A stretch of 64,000 nucleotides of DNA from Octopus vulgaris (Eukaryota), in the NCBI GenBank assembly GCA_951406725.2, contig OX597816.1, positions 65,968,001 to 66,032,000 of the forward strand, in the 5' to 3' direction. The translations under genes and the position numbers were made by a program. This document shows, one piece after another, positions 14,439 through 28,490 of the stretch. The stretch's first letter is position 1. Each line of letters starts with the position of its first letter. A model generated the notes under the pieces. That model was not told the DNA's origin. It saw only the letters and a list, made by a program, of their open reading frames with translations, and ran no database searches.

Positions 14439-15949
14439 AACAAATAATTGTCACATATTGTATTTTTACAGATATATATATATATTATGTATGTACTTAT
14501 GTTTGTTGAAAATAGAGTTTTTATACATGAAAAGGACTGGGATGATTAGTATTTTACTGTGTTTGAGAAAACCTGTCTACTACAGTAAAAATTATATCCT
14601 AGAACCACTTGGCTGTGCTTGTATGCTTGTGTGAGGCCCTCCTCCCATCCTCTCCTATTTTCATCCATCCTCTCATCTATAGTACTACTTGTTTGCTGTA
14701 CTTACCTGAGAGTATATTGGCCCTCTTCCTAATGATCTCCCCTATTCCTCATCATCCCTACCCACACTATTTTTCAACCTATCATACACTTTCTGTGTCT
14801 TCAGCTACTGCTCTCTCTCCCCTCTGCTATACTCCATTGTAAACACTTCTTTTATCTGCTATCATTGTCAATGCTCTCCCATATCATGACCTAACTACTA
14901 TAGCCCCTTAAGGACCCCTATATCTCCTTCTCTACTGCTCCTACACCTTACACATACTTTCTTTTCTCCTTCCTGTACCACTCCTTTCTCTCCTACCATA
15001 CTCCTCTTCATTCTGGTTTTTCCCATCATTTACACCTCACCTTTGTTCATCACTTACTACATTAACCTCTTTCTCCACCTGTTTGCTTCCCCTCACACTC
15101 CTATAAAAGCATTCACACACTCATCCCTGTCATGACCCACACTCTGTATCCTTTCATGCTCACCTTCTTGCTCCTTCAGAGTTTGCTTTAGCACCCCATC
15201 TCTACCATCCTCTTATTTCATTCAGCCATGTATCTCCTCTTCAGCAAGACACCTGTGTTTGTCCCTCCATCATACTGTAGCCATTCAACACCTGGCATAA
15301 AGCCACCCACCTCTACCTTCCCCTCATAAATACTTCCTCTTCATAATGGTAACTTTTTTCCCTTTCCTTTTCCTCTGTTGTTTTCTGTCTTGCAAGTTAC
15401 ATGGAAATCTTGCTAGTACTGGTGGCACAAAAAAACACCCAGTACACTCTGTAAAGTGGTTGGTGTTAGGAAGGGCATCCAGCCCTAAAAACCATGTTAG
15501 AGATGAGAATGGAGCTCAATGCAATCCTGCAGCTCACTGGTTTCTTGACAAACCGTCCAACCCATGCCAGCATGGAATGCAGACATTAAATGATGAGGAT
15601 AACCTTTGCTGTGAAAGGAGTGAAATACCATCTTGCTTCATAAGAATGGTGATAAAGAAGATTTAAGAAACTATTAAAGTAGTACCCATGCCAACACCAT
15701 GTAAGAAGCACCCAGTACACTCTGTAAAGTGGTTGTCATTAGGAAGAGCATCCAGCCATAGAAATCATGACAAACAGCAACTGGGGTCTGATGCAGCCTT
15801 CTGACTTGCCTGCTCCTGTCAAATCACCCAACCCATACCAGTATGGAAAACAGACATTAAATGATGATGTTGATAATGATGATTGACTAGTATATAAAGG
15901 AAATCCACTTCATAGAAAATAAAACCTGCTAGACCCTAACATCAACTGG

Positions 15950-16745
15950 CAACTTCCACAGAAACAGTGATATTGACAGGCCCTACTTAAGGAGAGATGA
16001 AGGAGGTAGAAGTTTCATATCAGTGCAGACAACCTTCAAATGCCATATAGTATCTCTCAGACAACACCTGCTAAGTAACAGCAGCAAAAATAAATACATA
16101 ATCCAAGTGCTGAAAAGCAGAGAGGAATAACTTATGTGTTGATAGTGAGCCTCCTCAAAAAGCACTCTCTTCCTGACAACCTCTCATACAGTACCAAAAC
16201 AGCTGAACAAACATACTTCCAAGATTTAGAGTACTCACCACACCAAGAAAAGACTATGCATGGGTATGCTTCCTGAAGACTTGAATACAACAATAATATC
16301 ATCATGAAGAGCAGCCTTGCTGTGACTAATGACTGCTGTATCTCATCACACTCCAAAGACTATATGTTTCCAGTCTAAGAGCAGGAAATTGCTACAAAAT
16401 GCTTCATGAACAAAAACGACAGTAAAGCCAGTGGAGGCCCAAGGTACAACTAAAAATATTGATTATGTCACATTTCTGTGGAAGATATCGTACATGTGAT
16501 AAACAGCTGCCCAAAAATGTCATTAAGGTACTATACTTCCCAATGCGATGTAATGTTGTTGCTAAAATAACATACAATGCCATCTGAAACTGGCCCCAGG
16601 AGGAATATAAAAGACCCTACTGTTATTGAATACATAAATAGACATCAACACAATGTGTATTGGTGTTACATTTCCATCAAAACTTCTATCAAATGCAAAC
16701 ATAACCGGTTGGATATCATTGTTTGGAATAGACAAGAAAAACCAC
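15950..16745 (+). mobile_element. Decayed RLE-type (R4/Dong-like) non-LTR retrotransposon fragment
   Basis: EQEIATK, SVEDIVHVINSCPKMSLRYY (zinc-knuckle half) and YWCYISIKTSIKCKHNRLDIIVWNRQEK (HNRPDI-type restriction-like endonuclease motif). Confidence 0.75.
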
Positions 16746-17039
16746 AATGAAAACATCCATGGAAGGTCAGAGGGGAATTCATCTAGAGTTATAATCCTTG
16801 CATATAAATCAGAATAACTTCATAGCATGAGGAATAACCTCCTGCAAGGTGAGGTTATGGCTTGGGCGCAGATGTTAAGGAGTTTATGTGTGTATAGGAG
16901 AGGAGACAGAAAGAGAGAATGGGATGGTCATCCAATCTTAATATTATGTATGGATATGTATGTTTGTGTTTGTATTGAATAAGTTGGGTGTCATAAACAT
17001 TGTGTTCAGGTTGTGATGATGATGAGAAGCAGTCTACCA

Positions 17040-17880
17040 GTATTCAAGCATATGTTTCCTTTCATGTTTGGAAATTTTGTTACATTTTGCAGTGTCCATG
17101 TGAAGAGGGATCTTTAGTACTTTTCCTTCCTCTGTCAGTACCTCCTACTGCTATTGTAACATGGCTTGCACTTCTCCATTACTCTTCACTTGTTACTGTT
17201 ATCCATGGCACTTTCCTTCAATGCTGATACATGCCTAGACATGACATTTTTTCCACTCATCATCATCATCATTGCTTAACGTCCGTTTTTCATGCTAGCA
17301 TGGGTTGGACAGATCTACCGGGGTCTGGGAAGCCAGGAGGCTGCACTGGGCTCCAGTCTGATCTGGCAGTGTTTCTACAGCTGCATGCCCTTCCTAACGT
17401 CAACCACTCCGTGAGTGTAGTGGGTGCTTTTTATGTGCCACCAGCATGAGTGCCAGGGGAGGCTGGCAGTGGCTACGATCAGTTGGTGTTTTTACGTACC
17501 ACCAGCATGGAAGCCAGTAAAGTCGGCGCTGGCATCGGCCACGTCGGATGGTGCTGTTTACGTGCCACCAGCACAGGATATTAAAAGACTTGTTGTTAAA
17601 TCTGATTCTGAAGGGACCTTCTGTTGTGCCTATATATTTCTGCACATCTGTCTATCCACTATCCACTATCCTTTGATATCTTCTTTGTGTTGCATTTGCT
17701 GTTAAGTGAACATGTAATATTGCCTCTGCATGAGCATCTTGCTCTGTCTTTGGTATAGGCCTTGTTGAAAAGCAGGGTTTTGCTGATGTGCATGATAATG
17801 CTTGTTCTCATCTTTAATCTCAGTGTAGCCCTAGCAAAATCCAGTGCCTTATGTAACAAATTCTTCTATATAGATGGGTC
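17040..17880 (-). mobile_element. Penelope-like retroelement relic (RT fragment joined to GIY-YIG endonuclease)
   Basis: PSI.KNLLHKALDFA...IIMHISKTLLF (RT), CSCRGNITCSLNSKC (Cys linker), KYIGTTEGPFRIRFNN (YIG motif), then after an inserted repeat MSRHVSALK...*RVMEKCKPCYNSSRR...EK (EN C-terminus). Confidence 0.8.
17258..17580 (-). mobile_element. RTE 3'-UTR-derived repeat with (GAT)n tail
   Basis: (CAT)n-ttaacgtccg...ctacagctg.atgcccttcctaacg..aaccactc. Same family as 19778, 48788, 56328 and the RTE 3' end at 58463. Confidence 0.8.
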
Positions 17881-17949
17881 AAGGAATTATACATATATAG
17901 TGATAGAAAGTAAGTACTGAAGAAATTCAAGCAAATACCTTAGTCAGCA

Positions 17950-20900
17950 CTCTATGTGAAAAATCTGGCTAACAGAATGTCAAGTGAGGGAGATAGGAAT
18001 TTGTATAGATTAAATCCTCATATTTATTGTTTGTAAATCTGAGGATGTTCAACAATACATTGGTTGATATTGTAGAGTACAGTAGCAATCTGACTAAACA
18101 ATGAAGCCAATGTTGTTACATAACTTTCTTCGGGGTTACAGTTGTTTTGAATGGCTACAGGAACTGTCTCATTGCTATACATTGGTTTGTATGCATAACT
18201 AATCAATGAAGTAGTTAACCCTCAACTATTCTCATCAGACATTAAAGTTATTATTCTTTAAGGCAACTGCAGCTCAACAGCAGACAAAGCAGAATTACTA
18301 TTTAATGTGATGGATGAATGTTTCTGTCCCAACCTGTGCTTGATCCAACGAGACAGGACAAAGATATTTTGAACCAGATATTAGTAAACCATTCTAGCAC
18401 CATCCATAGTATTTCAGTTGCAAAAGTTCTTCTCTTTAACCATGATATGATATTCTGCAATCTTAGTTTCTAGCATGCCAAAGCTAAACCATTCACTTTC
18501 ACCCCTACACACCCATTTGATAACATCAGTCTTCATAAACACAGAGCTGTCGCTGATTGACTGGTCCTTCATTCACATTTCTTCTGATATTGAAGCAGCT
18601 TGGTCAGGATTCAAAACATACTCCAACAAAACTCAATCGTACAAATAGATGTAGGTTCCCAAGAAAGAAAAAAAAAACATCAGGGAAATCAAAAGATTTA
18701 ACAAAACAATTCAACCATTTTAAATACTTTCACCAACAGCATCCACAATTAAGAGCAATAAAAACACTTGAGTTGGGGAAATATCATCTGCAGAACAGCA
18801 CGAAAATGTACATCAACAACCAAAGAACTGCAGAGGAAAACTAAGTTCTTAAAAAATTCAAACAACTCAAAATTATGCTATTCATTTGCCAACAAACTCT
18901 CATCCATTGGTCCACTAATATTTGATGACAGCATTTTCCACTATGATGCTAATAAAAAAAAATAGCAGAGATGTTGCAGAAACAATATTTTCTGTCTTTA
19001 CCGATTTCACTGATGTTGACATGAGATATTTCAATGAACACAACCCCCTAACATATTATCTCTGACATAACTCACTACCTCAAATATTATTGCAGCAATA
19101 AATGAAACCAAACATTATTCTGCAGCAGGCCCTGATAAGTTGCCTGCTAGTGTTGTAAATAAATTACAGACACTACCTTGCATCCCCCTGTAACCAAACT
19201 TCTGGAGAAAACTTTTAAACTCAGGCTATAACTGAAAAATTTCATATTCCAATCTGTCATCCTTGTCTTCAAAAACGGTAAGAGGTCCCTTGCAGTAAAT
19301 TATTGCCCAATTTCATTCACCTCCCATATCATCAAAGTGTTTGAAAGAGTGGCAAGATTTGGAATAATTGACTTCCTGGAAAATAACAATCTCCTAAATT
19401 CCAACCAGCATAGCTTTTGTTGCAGCAGAGAGTGTCTAATACTGCTAGCCTTTACATCACTTTGGTATCTCTAAAATTTTGAGAGAGAACTGAAACACTA
19501 ATGTTAATATCTTGACTTCAGCAAAACCTTCAACAGAGCCACTCACAAGATCCTGCTCTTAAAACTATCATTGGATAGTTTTAAGAGCAGGATCTTGTAG
19601 TTAACTGTAGGAATCTGTAGTTAACTGCTGCACTAGATCAAGTATTTTCTAGTGATCAGAACTCAAGAAGTTATGATTGATGGAATCTACTCAAGTCCAT
19701 TAAAAATCACTAGCAGTGTTCCCCCATGTACTATATTGGACCACCTTCTCTTCATAGCCTATGTGCACCTTAAGCACATCATCATCATCATCGTTTAACA
19801 TCTGTTTTCTATGCTAGCATGGCTTGGATGGTTCGACCGGGGTCTGGGAAGCCAGGAGGCTGTGTCAGGCTCCAGTCTGATCTGGCAGTGTTTCTGCAGC
19901 TGGATGCCTTTCCTAACACCACCCACTCTGTGAGTGTAGTGGGTGTTTTTTACGCACCGCCGGCACAGGGGCCAGAGGAGGCTGGCAAATGGCCACAATC
20001 AGTTGGTGCTTTTTATGTGTTACCGACACAGATGCCAGTCAGGCGGCACTGGCATCAGCCACCTTTGGATGGTGCTTTTTACATGCTACCAGCACGGGTA
20101 TCATAACTACAATTTCCATTTGATTTTTATTTTGATGTTGGTGTTGACATACTTGACTCAATAGGTCTCCTCAAGCACAATGAAGTAAAAATATTTACAG
20201 ATGACTTCAAGCTCCACAAATTTATCAATGGAGAAGACTGAACAAAATACCAGTCTCATCTGCATAATGCGAGTCATTAGGTGGACAGAGACGACATGCT
20301 ACTTTTCAAAAAGAATTCATTCAAACAACCATGCTCTCATTCCTTAGGAAAACCACTCATGGCATTCAATGATATGACTTTAGGAATAATCATTGACAAT
20401 AATTTCAGCTGGAGTGCTCACATCAACAAAAAAGTTGATATGGCTCTCAAGATGAAACTCCCGAATCCTCAGAGGACTCTGGTTCAGAGAGCCAGATGTC
20501 ATCATTCTTCTTTTCTCCTTCTTTGTGCAGTTACACGAAGAATACTGATTCCATTTTGGGTCTCTCCATACCAAACAAGGCATCACAAGAAGTGAGATGC
20601 CTCAGAAAGCAATTAAAAAAAATTAAAAGGCATGACTGATCTTGATTATTGGGATCGATTTAAAATATTGAAACAACTCTATTCTCTCCAACACAGCCAT
20701 ATGTGCACTATGTGGAGAATATACTTTAATGTCAAGTTCACACTTCGTCCAAGGCTGGGATCTGATGATGTATTCTCCCAACTCATTTCAGGCTATCCCA
20801 AAACAAATCAAAGAAGAAAAAAATCCCATCACCTTCAAATATCTGAACAAATTTTTCAAGGGATAGACAAGCCAACTGTGTCTGGATACATCTCAAACAA

Positions 20901-21020
20901 CAACCCACTGCTTAAATGGGCTATGATATCACAAAACTTCACTCAAAAATGACTTAACAGATTGTATCAGATGGTGCTTTTAAGTTAGACATGGCCTGAA
21001 TCAATTTTGGTCAAACCAGT
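17950..21020 (+). mobile_element. Decayed CR1-group LINE ORF2 (APE endonuclease + RT)
   Basis: QPVLDPTRQDKDIL (APE), SAAGPDK, VFKNGKRSLAVNYCPISFTSHIIKVFER, NQHSF, LDFSKTF, SVPPCTIL, IFTDDFKL (FADD), LGIIIDNNFSWSAHI and LDYWDR...LYSLQ, with many stops and frameshifts. Confidence 0.85.
19778..20178 (-). mobile_element. RTE 3'-UTR-derived repeat inserted into the CR1-group RT
   Basis: Interrupts the RT between the LLFIAY and IFTDD motifs. Flanked by cct(t/c)aagcaca on both sides. Confidence 0.8.
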
Positions 21021-21479
21021 TTTTGCTCTTCCTTTACACTTTACAGAGTGTACTGGATGCTTTTAACATAGCACCAGCACCAGCTGGGTCACCAATCAAC
21101 TGGGGTGAGAGTAGTATTGAAGGAGGTGGATTTGTGTCAGATGATGAGAGATTAAAGTGTGATAAAGGGGTGGAAACAGATGCTAGACCATTTGGAAAGA
21201 GAGAGAGTGAGAGAGATGGTGAAGATGTGTTGAAGTGTAGCCTCAAGTAACAGGCAATTTAATGTAAATGAAGTGGTTTGGAGGATTGGATAGGGTGAAT
21301 GAACAGGTAAATTCACAAGAGTGCAGGATAATGGGAGATAAAGAGAAGAATGCAATGTTGGTGAACATGAGTGAAGGAAAGGGGTTTTAGGAAGATGAGT
21401 TGTTTGGTGAGATTTGTCTGGTACAGATTGTGTGCAGGGGCATAGACATAAATGATGAGGCCTCATTTTTACTTAAAAG

Positions 21480-21990
21480 GATGGGTTTTCTCAAGCACAG
21501 CAAATTACCAGTCATCTTGGTCCTTTGTCATCTGTTCTGTGAGGTTCAACATCTGAAGCTCATTTTTCACCACTTAATCCTACATCTTCCTAGGTTCTTT
21601 CTTAGGTTCCCGCTTCTGCAAGTTTTCTCCATATTTAGTGACAAGCACTTCTTTATGCAGCTGTCCTCATCAATACACATCACTTGACTATACCAGTGCA
21701 GTCTTCTCTCTACTTCTGATGTCTCTTATGCCCAATTTTTCTCTCAAAACATTTACATTTTGTCCTACAGGCACTCTGACATTGCACAACCAGCAGAGCA
21801 TGCTAGCTTTATTTCTTTCAAGCATTTGCACATCCTCTGCATTCACAGGCCATATTTCACTACCATGTATCATTACTGTTCATACACAAGTATCATATAG
21901 TCTACCTTTCACTCTGAGGTAGAGGCCCTGTGTTACCAACAGGGGCGCTAGCTCTCTAAACTTTCCCTAGGTGGATTTTATTCTATATAA
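21480..21990 (-). mobile_element. RTE LINE 3' fragment
   Basis: HGSEIWPVNAEDVQMLERNKASMLCWLCNV...LREKLGIRDI, typical of the RTE post-RT region. Confidence 0.8.
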
Positions 21991-22729
21991 TATATATACA
22001 TATCATCATCATCTTTATCATTAATTAATGTCTTGTTCTTTGCTGCCATTGGTTGGATGGCTTGACAGTATCTGATGGAGCCAATGATTGCTTTGTACTC
22101 CCATATCTTTTTTTGGCATGGTTTTTATGGCCAGGTGCATTTCCTAAAGCCAGCCACTTTAAAGTGCATAGTGGATGCATTTTTTGTTGCAAGAGCACTA
22201 GTGAGGTCATCATGTGGATTGCAAGACTAAGATTACTTTTGACTGAATAGAGATGGGCTACAGTAGGGAGGAAGGTGGCATAATGCTAAATGAGTGGTTA
22301 AAGTTTGAAAGAAGGGGCCAGAATAGAATTTGTTTCTTGGTGTTGAGGAACTACATTGCTACTCACCCTGTGAAACAGAAGGTGGTGAGGCTAAAAAGAA
22401 ATACCAATAGTGATGCTCAAGTTTTGATGTGAATAGAAATGTGAGAGCACAGAACTGGAAGTCTGGGTTGGTGAAAGTTAGTCACAGATGAGAAATGAGT
22501 GAGGAAGTGAATATAGTGGGGAACAAGTGTTCAAAGATAAATGGTATCAAGGAAAAGTTAGCAAAGTAAGCAGTTCTGCCTACATTTAGTTACAGAATAA
22601 TACTGAGTGGTAGAGCTATCTTGAGGATAGAATTGGTTGAGGAGGACCCAGTTGTTCATATGCACACAAACACATGTTGTACTTCTAGAATCTCAATTTC
22701 ACAGAGAAGGTCTTTCTCATGAAACACAT

Positions 22730-24010
22730 TACTAGTCATCTCCTTCATGGGGTTTAAGACTCTGAGATCAGCCTTCATCACTTCATTTTATGTCTTCTTG
22801 AGTCTCTCTCTTCCACAAGTTTTAGCCACATTAAGTGATTGACACTTTTTTATGCAACTGTCCTCATCCATACACATCGCATTTTCATACCAATGCAGTC
22901 TTCTTTTCTGCACACTACATCTGATACCTGTTATGCCCAGTTTCTCAATGTATTTGTTGTTTTTCATTCATGTTCACTTGCATTGAACATCAAATGGAGC
23001 ATGCTAGCTTCATTTCTTTCCTCTCTTTTTGAGCCCTCTGACACAAGCATCATACAATTTGACCTTCACTCTGAAGGAAAAGTTTTGTTGTCTGCTGTGA
23101 TAGTAGCTCTCTGACCTTCCCCAGCTGGTTCTTATGCTGACTGCTATGGTTTCAGAGCAACCACTTCTCTTGCTAATTACATCTCCAAGGAAACAAAAGC
23201 TATCAACTACTTCTATGAGCCATCCAGGCATTTAAAATAACCTATTTCTGCTCCAGTGCATCTGTCACATATGAAGCATGTGTAGGGTATAGCAGTGGCA
23301 TTTATACCTACTCCTTTTCTGTATATTAAGCAAGGTCCTTTCCCTAAAGATACCAGAGTCCTATCTTCTTTCCTGCTTACTAAATCCTTAGTCTTTAAGT
23401 TTACCTTGGGACCTCTTGATTCTAGGTTTAGCTTCCATGTTTGGTATTTCCTCTCTAATTCCACAAAAGATTCAGCTATGGAAACCTGATTCATCAACAT
23501 ATAGGAGTTCCCATTGACAGCCAGCATTAAACTCTTTTGTGATAGTCTGTAGGTCTATGAGGAATAGGAAAGGAATGAGGACTGAATTTTGATAGACTTT
23601 TAGCTTCCCACTAAATTTGTCATTGAAAGTGTTGTTGACTCTCACTTAACTTACTGCAACTTTGTACACAGCTTGTACAGCTCTTACCATTGCCTCGCCA
23701 GAAAGACTGCATTTGTAATGGCTCCTCCAGACATTAAGACAAACTGTATCTCATCTGGGTCTCCTTTCTCATGGATCAGTTTTGCTAATCTCACTCCATG
23801 ATTTTCATAACCTGAACTAGTAGTTTGATTCTTTTATAATTTCCTCTCTCTAAGGTTATCTCCATTGCCTTTGTAGCAGTTTTCAAAGATATAACTACAC
23901 CAGTTAGTGGGTATGGCAACTTCCTACATAACCTGATTAACTATCTGGGTGGTAATCATCTATCGTTTCTCTCCAGAAATTTTAAAAAACCTCTGCAACT
24001 ATTCCTAAAA
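22730..24010 (-). mobile_element. RTE LINE RT-region fragment
   Basis: ELLYVDE (YADD equivalent), WKLNLESRGPKVNLKTK, EVVDSFCFLGDVI and VKVKLYDACV. Confidence 0.8.
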
Positions 24011-24049
24011 GACTTATAATATATGTGTGTGTGCATGTCTATGTATGTC

Positions 24050-24086
<37 letters not shown>

Positions 24087-24409
24087 TTCTATTATAGCCA
24101 GAAATCAGTCAAAACCTTGCGGACGAATTTGGTAGATGGAAACTGAAAGAAGCCTGTTGTACGTATGGATGTGAGTTGGAGTCTCCTTGTCGTGACATTG
24201 TAGTTGTAAATGAATGCTACTGTCACACTGCAGTGTCTTACCTTCCCAATCATGTGGGAAAACAAATCTGGCCATGGAGAAATATTGCCTTCCTTGGAAA
24301 CAGATGAGGATTGGTGATTGGAAGGGCATCCAGTTATAGGAAATCTACCTCAACAAATTACTTTTGACCCATGCAAGCATAGGAAAGTGGGCATTAAAGT
24401 TAAGATGAT

Positions 24410-24844
<435 letters not shown>

Positions 24845-25655
24845 GTATATGTATTTATATGTGTATATATATGTATTTATGTGTCTGTTTGTAAATGTAA
24901 ATAGTCATATATATATAGTGTATTCATAGGTAAATGACTAACAGCCTTTGTTTCTCTTTATGGTTTCACTATTCCTTAATTATTATGTCATTAACACCTA
25001 ATTGATAGGCAGATGGATAAAACTAAGAGATCTTTTTATTCCTCTTTAATTATACTGCAAAATATATAAATATGACAATAGAAGAAATACCATTCCAGTT
25101 CTACATGTAAATTGATTATTATAATTTGTATTACATTATTTGTGGATTATGAGTTCATTAAAATCTTCAGCTTTTATTTCTATTACAAAATCACATTTAA
25201 AATTAAGTTAACTTTTTCATATATGTAATTTATTTGTTATTTCTTAAGAGGTTCAGTTAGCCATTATTGCTGCTGCTGTTACTGCTACTACTATTACTAC
25301 TACTACTAGTAGTAATATATAATGCTAGAATTTGTTTATGTTTCTTTGTATTCTAAGGCAACTTTCATAAATATACTTTTAAGATTTAAGACTTATTTAA
25401 AATATTATTATTATTCCTTAGATTGGTGGTGGTGATTAGCAGAATTAGTAAAGCAATTCCTAGTTGCATCTAGTTGTGTCTCTTTAACTCCTGAATTCAG
25501 AACCAGCCTTGCTATTCATCTTCTAACAATTGATAAAATTAATGTTTCAAGTACCAGTGTTGATAAATTGACACCATTTTTCCGGTTAGAATTTTTAACC
25601 TTCTGTGATACTATAAAAATATATTATATTCCTTCTTATTTTTATTAAGGTGAGT

Positions 25656-25979
25656 GAGGGTATGTGGCTTAGTGGTTAGGGCATTTGGATCATGATCGTA
25701 AGGTTGTGAGTTCGATTCCCAGCGACGTATTGTGTCCTTGAGCAAGACACTTTATTTCATGTTGCTCCAGTCCACTCAGCTGGCAAAAATAAGTAGTACC
25801 TGTATTTCAAAAGGGCCAGCCTTGTCACACTCTGTGTCACGCTGAATCTCCTTGTGAACTACATTAAGGGTACAAGTGTCTGTGGAGTGCTCAGCCACAT
25901 GCATGTTAATTTCATGAGCAAGCTGTTCCGTTGATCGTATCAGCTGGGACCCTTGTCATCATAACTGATGGAGTGCTCC
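25656..25979 (+). mobile_element. tRNA-derived SINE
   Basis: A box gtggcttagtgg, B box gagttcgattcc, core tgtgtccttgagcaagacactt. Confidence 0.8.
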
Positions 25980-25984
25980 TATTA

Positions 25985-26610
25985 ATGTGATGAGCTGGCT
26001 GAATTGTAAGCATGCCAGACAAAATGCTTAGCTGCCTTTTGTTCGGCTTTATATTCTGAGTTCAAATGCAGCCATGGTTGATTTTTTTTTTCCTTCATCC
26101 TTTCAGGGTCAATAAAATAAGTAGTAGTTGAGCACTGGAGTTCATGTAATTGACTTACCCACCCATCTCAAAATTTTATGCCTTGTGCCTATTGTGGAAA
26201 AAAATATTATAATCATTATTATTAAGACAGTGAGCTGGCAGAGTCATTATTAGCATACAAGATAAAGGGTATTTCGTTCAGCTTTACATTCTGAGTTCAC
26301 GTTCTGCTATGATCAACCTTGTCATCCTTTCACAGTTGATAAAATGAGTATCAATTAATTACTAGTATTGATAAAGTTGACTAAACCCCCTCCTACTAAA
26401 TTTCAGGTTGTGCCTATAGTAGAACTGATTATTATTATTATGGTGGAATTGAGTCAGTAGAGCACCATAAAAAATATTCTACAGTATTTAAGCAGGCCCC
26501 ATCATGTTCTGGATTCAAATCTCACCAAAGTTAGCTTTTCCTTTCAGCCTTTCCTTAAGATCAGAAGTCATAATAGCCAGTGCCTGGTATTGCATCAGGG
26601 CATTTATTAT

Positions 26611-26648
<38 letters not shown>

Positions 26649-26863
26649 GAAGGAGGCAAGCTGGCAGAATCATTACCACACCAAGTGAAATGCTTAGTGG
26701 TATTTCATCTGTCTTCACATTCTGGGTTCAAATTCAACCAAATTTCACTTTGCCTGTCATCCTTTCAAGGTCAATAGAATAAGTACCAGTTGAGTACTGG
26801 GGTTGATGTAATTGACTATCCCCAACCACAAAAATTTCAGGCCTTGTGCCTATAGTAGAAAGG

Positions 26864-26921
<58 letters not shown>

Positions 26922-28490
26922 CAGCGAGCTAGCAGAATCATTAGTGCACTGGACAAAATGCTTAATAATATTTTGCCCGTCACTATGTTCTGAGTTCAAA
27001 TTCCACTGAGGTCAACTTTGCCTTTCATCCTTTTGGGGGGTCAATAAAATAAATAACACTGGGGTTAATGTAATCAACTCATCCATTCCCTAAAATTATT
27101 GGACTTGTGCCAAAATTTGAAGCCATTATTATTATTATTATTATCAAAGGCAGAGAATCTGGGAGAGTTATTAGCATGTCGAAATATCTAGCAGCATTTC
27201 TTCTGACTCTACATTCTAGGTTCAAATGCTGCTGAGGTCTACTTTGCCTTTTATAAAATAAAGTACCAGTCAAGTGATAAGGTCAGAGTAAATGTCTAAC
27301 CCCTCCCACCAAAGTTGTTGGCCTTGTGCGAAAATTTGAATTATTATTATTATTATTATTATTACTGAAGGCTGGCTGAATAAATTGGCATATCAGACAA
27401 AATGCTTAGCATAATTTTTTGTTTGTCTTTTATCCTTTCTGAGGTGATAAAATAGAATAACATTCAAGTACTTGGGTTGTTATCACTTAACACCACCTAC
27501 CCTGTTTCCAAAATGGCTGGCCTTGTGCTGAAATTAAAAAGCATTATCATTATTATTATTATTATAAGACAGTGAGCTGACAGGAACGTTAGCACACCAG
27601 GCGAAATGCTTAGCAGTATTTCATCTGTCTTTACATTCTGAGTTCAAATTCTGCCAAGGTCAACTTTGCCTTTCATCCTTTCAAGGTCAATAAATTAAGT
27701 ACTAGTTGCATACTGGGGTCGAACTAATTGACTGCCCCCCCCTCCCCCAAAATTTCAGTTCTTGTGCCTAGAGTAGAAAAGATCATTATTATTATTATAA
27801 TTATTTTTATTATTATTATTATAAGACGGTAAGCTGGCAAAATCGTTAGCACCCCAGGCAACATGCTTAGTGGCATTTCAAGTTCAAATTCTGCCGAGAT
27901 CAACTTTGCCTTTCAACCTTTCGGCTTCAATAAATTAAGCACCAGTGAAACACTGGGGTTGATGTGATCAAATGATCCCCTGCCACCAAATTTCAGGCCT
28001 TGTGCCTATAGTAGAAAAGGATTATTATTATTATTAAAGTGGCAAACTGCAGAATTGTTAGCACACTGGCCAAAATGCTTAGCAGCATTTCATCCATCTT
28101 CATGTTCTGAGTTCAAATTTTGCTAGAATTGACTTTGCCTTTCATCCTTTCCGGGCCAATAAATTATGCACAAGTCAAGCGCTGGGATCGATGTAATCGG
28201 CTATACTCCTCCACCAAAATTTCAGACCTTGTGTCTATAGTAGAAGGTGGCAAGCTGGCAGAAACGTTAGCGCACTGGGCGAAATGCTCTGTGGTTATGC
28301 TCTGAGTTCAAATTCCGCCGAGATCGACTTTGCCTTTCATCCTTTTGGGGTCAATACATAAAGTACCAGTTATGCACAGGGGTCGATGTAATCGACTTAA
28401 TCCCTCTGTCTGTCCTTGTTTGTCCCCTCTATGTTTAGCCCCTTCTGGGCAATAAAGAAATATATAGTAGAAAGGATTATTATTATTATT
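25985..28490 (+). mobile_element. Head-to-tail array of ~11 related SINEs separated by (ATT)n
   Basis: Repeated unit aaggcggcgagctggcaga...ttctgagttcaaat...ttgcctttcatcc...ataaaataagtaccagtt...ggccttgtgcc followed by (ATT)n. One copy (28246-28462) is nested with TSD tatagtagaa. Confidence 0.9.
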
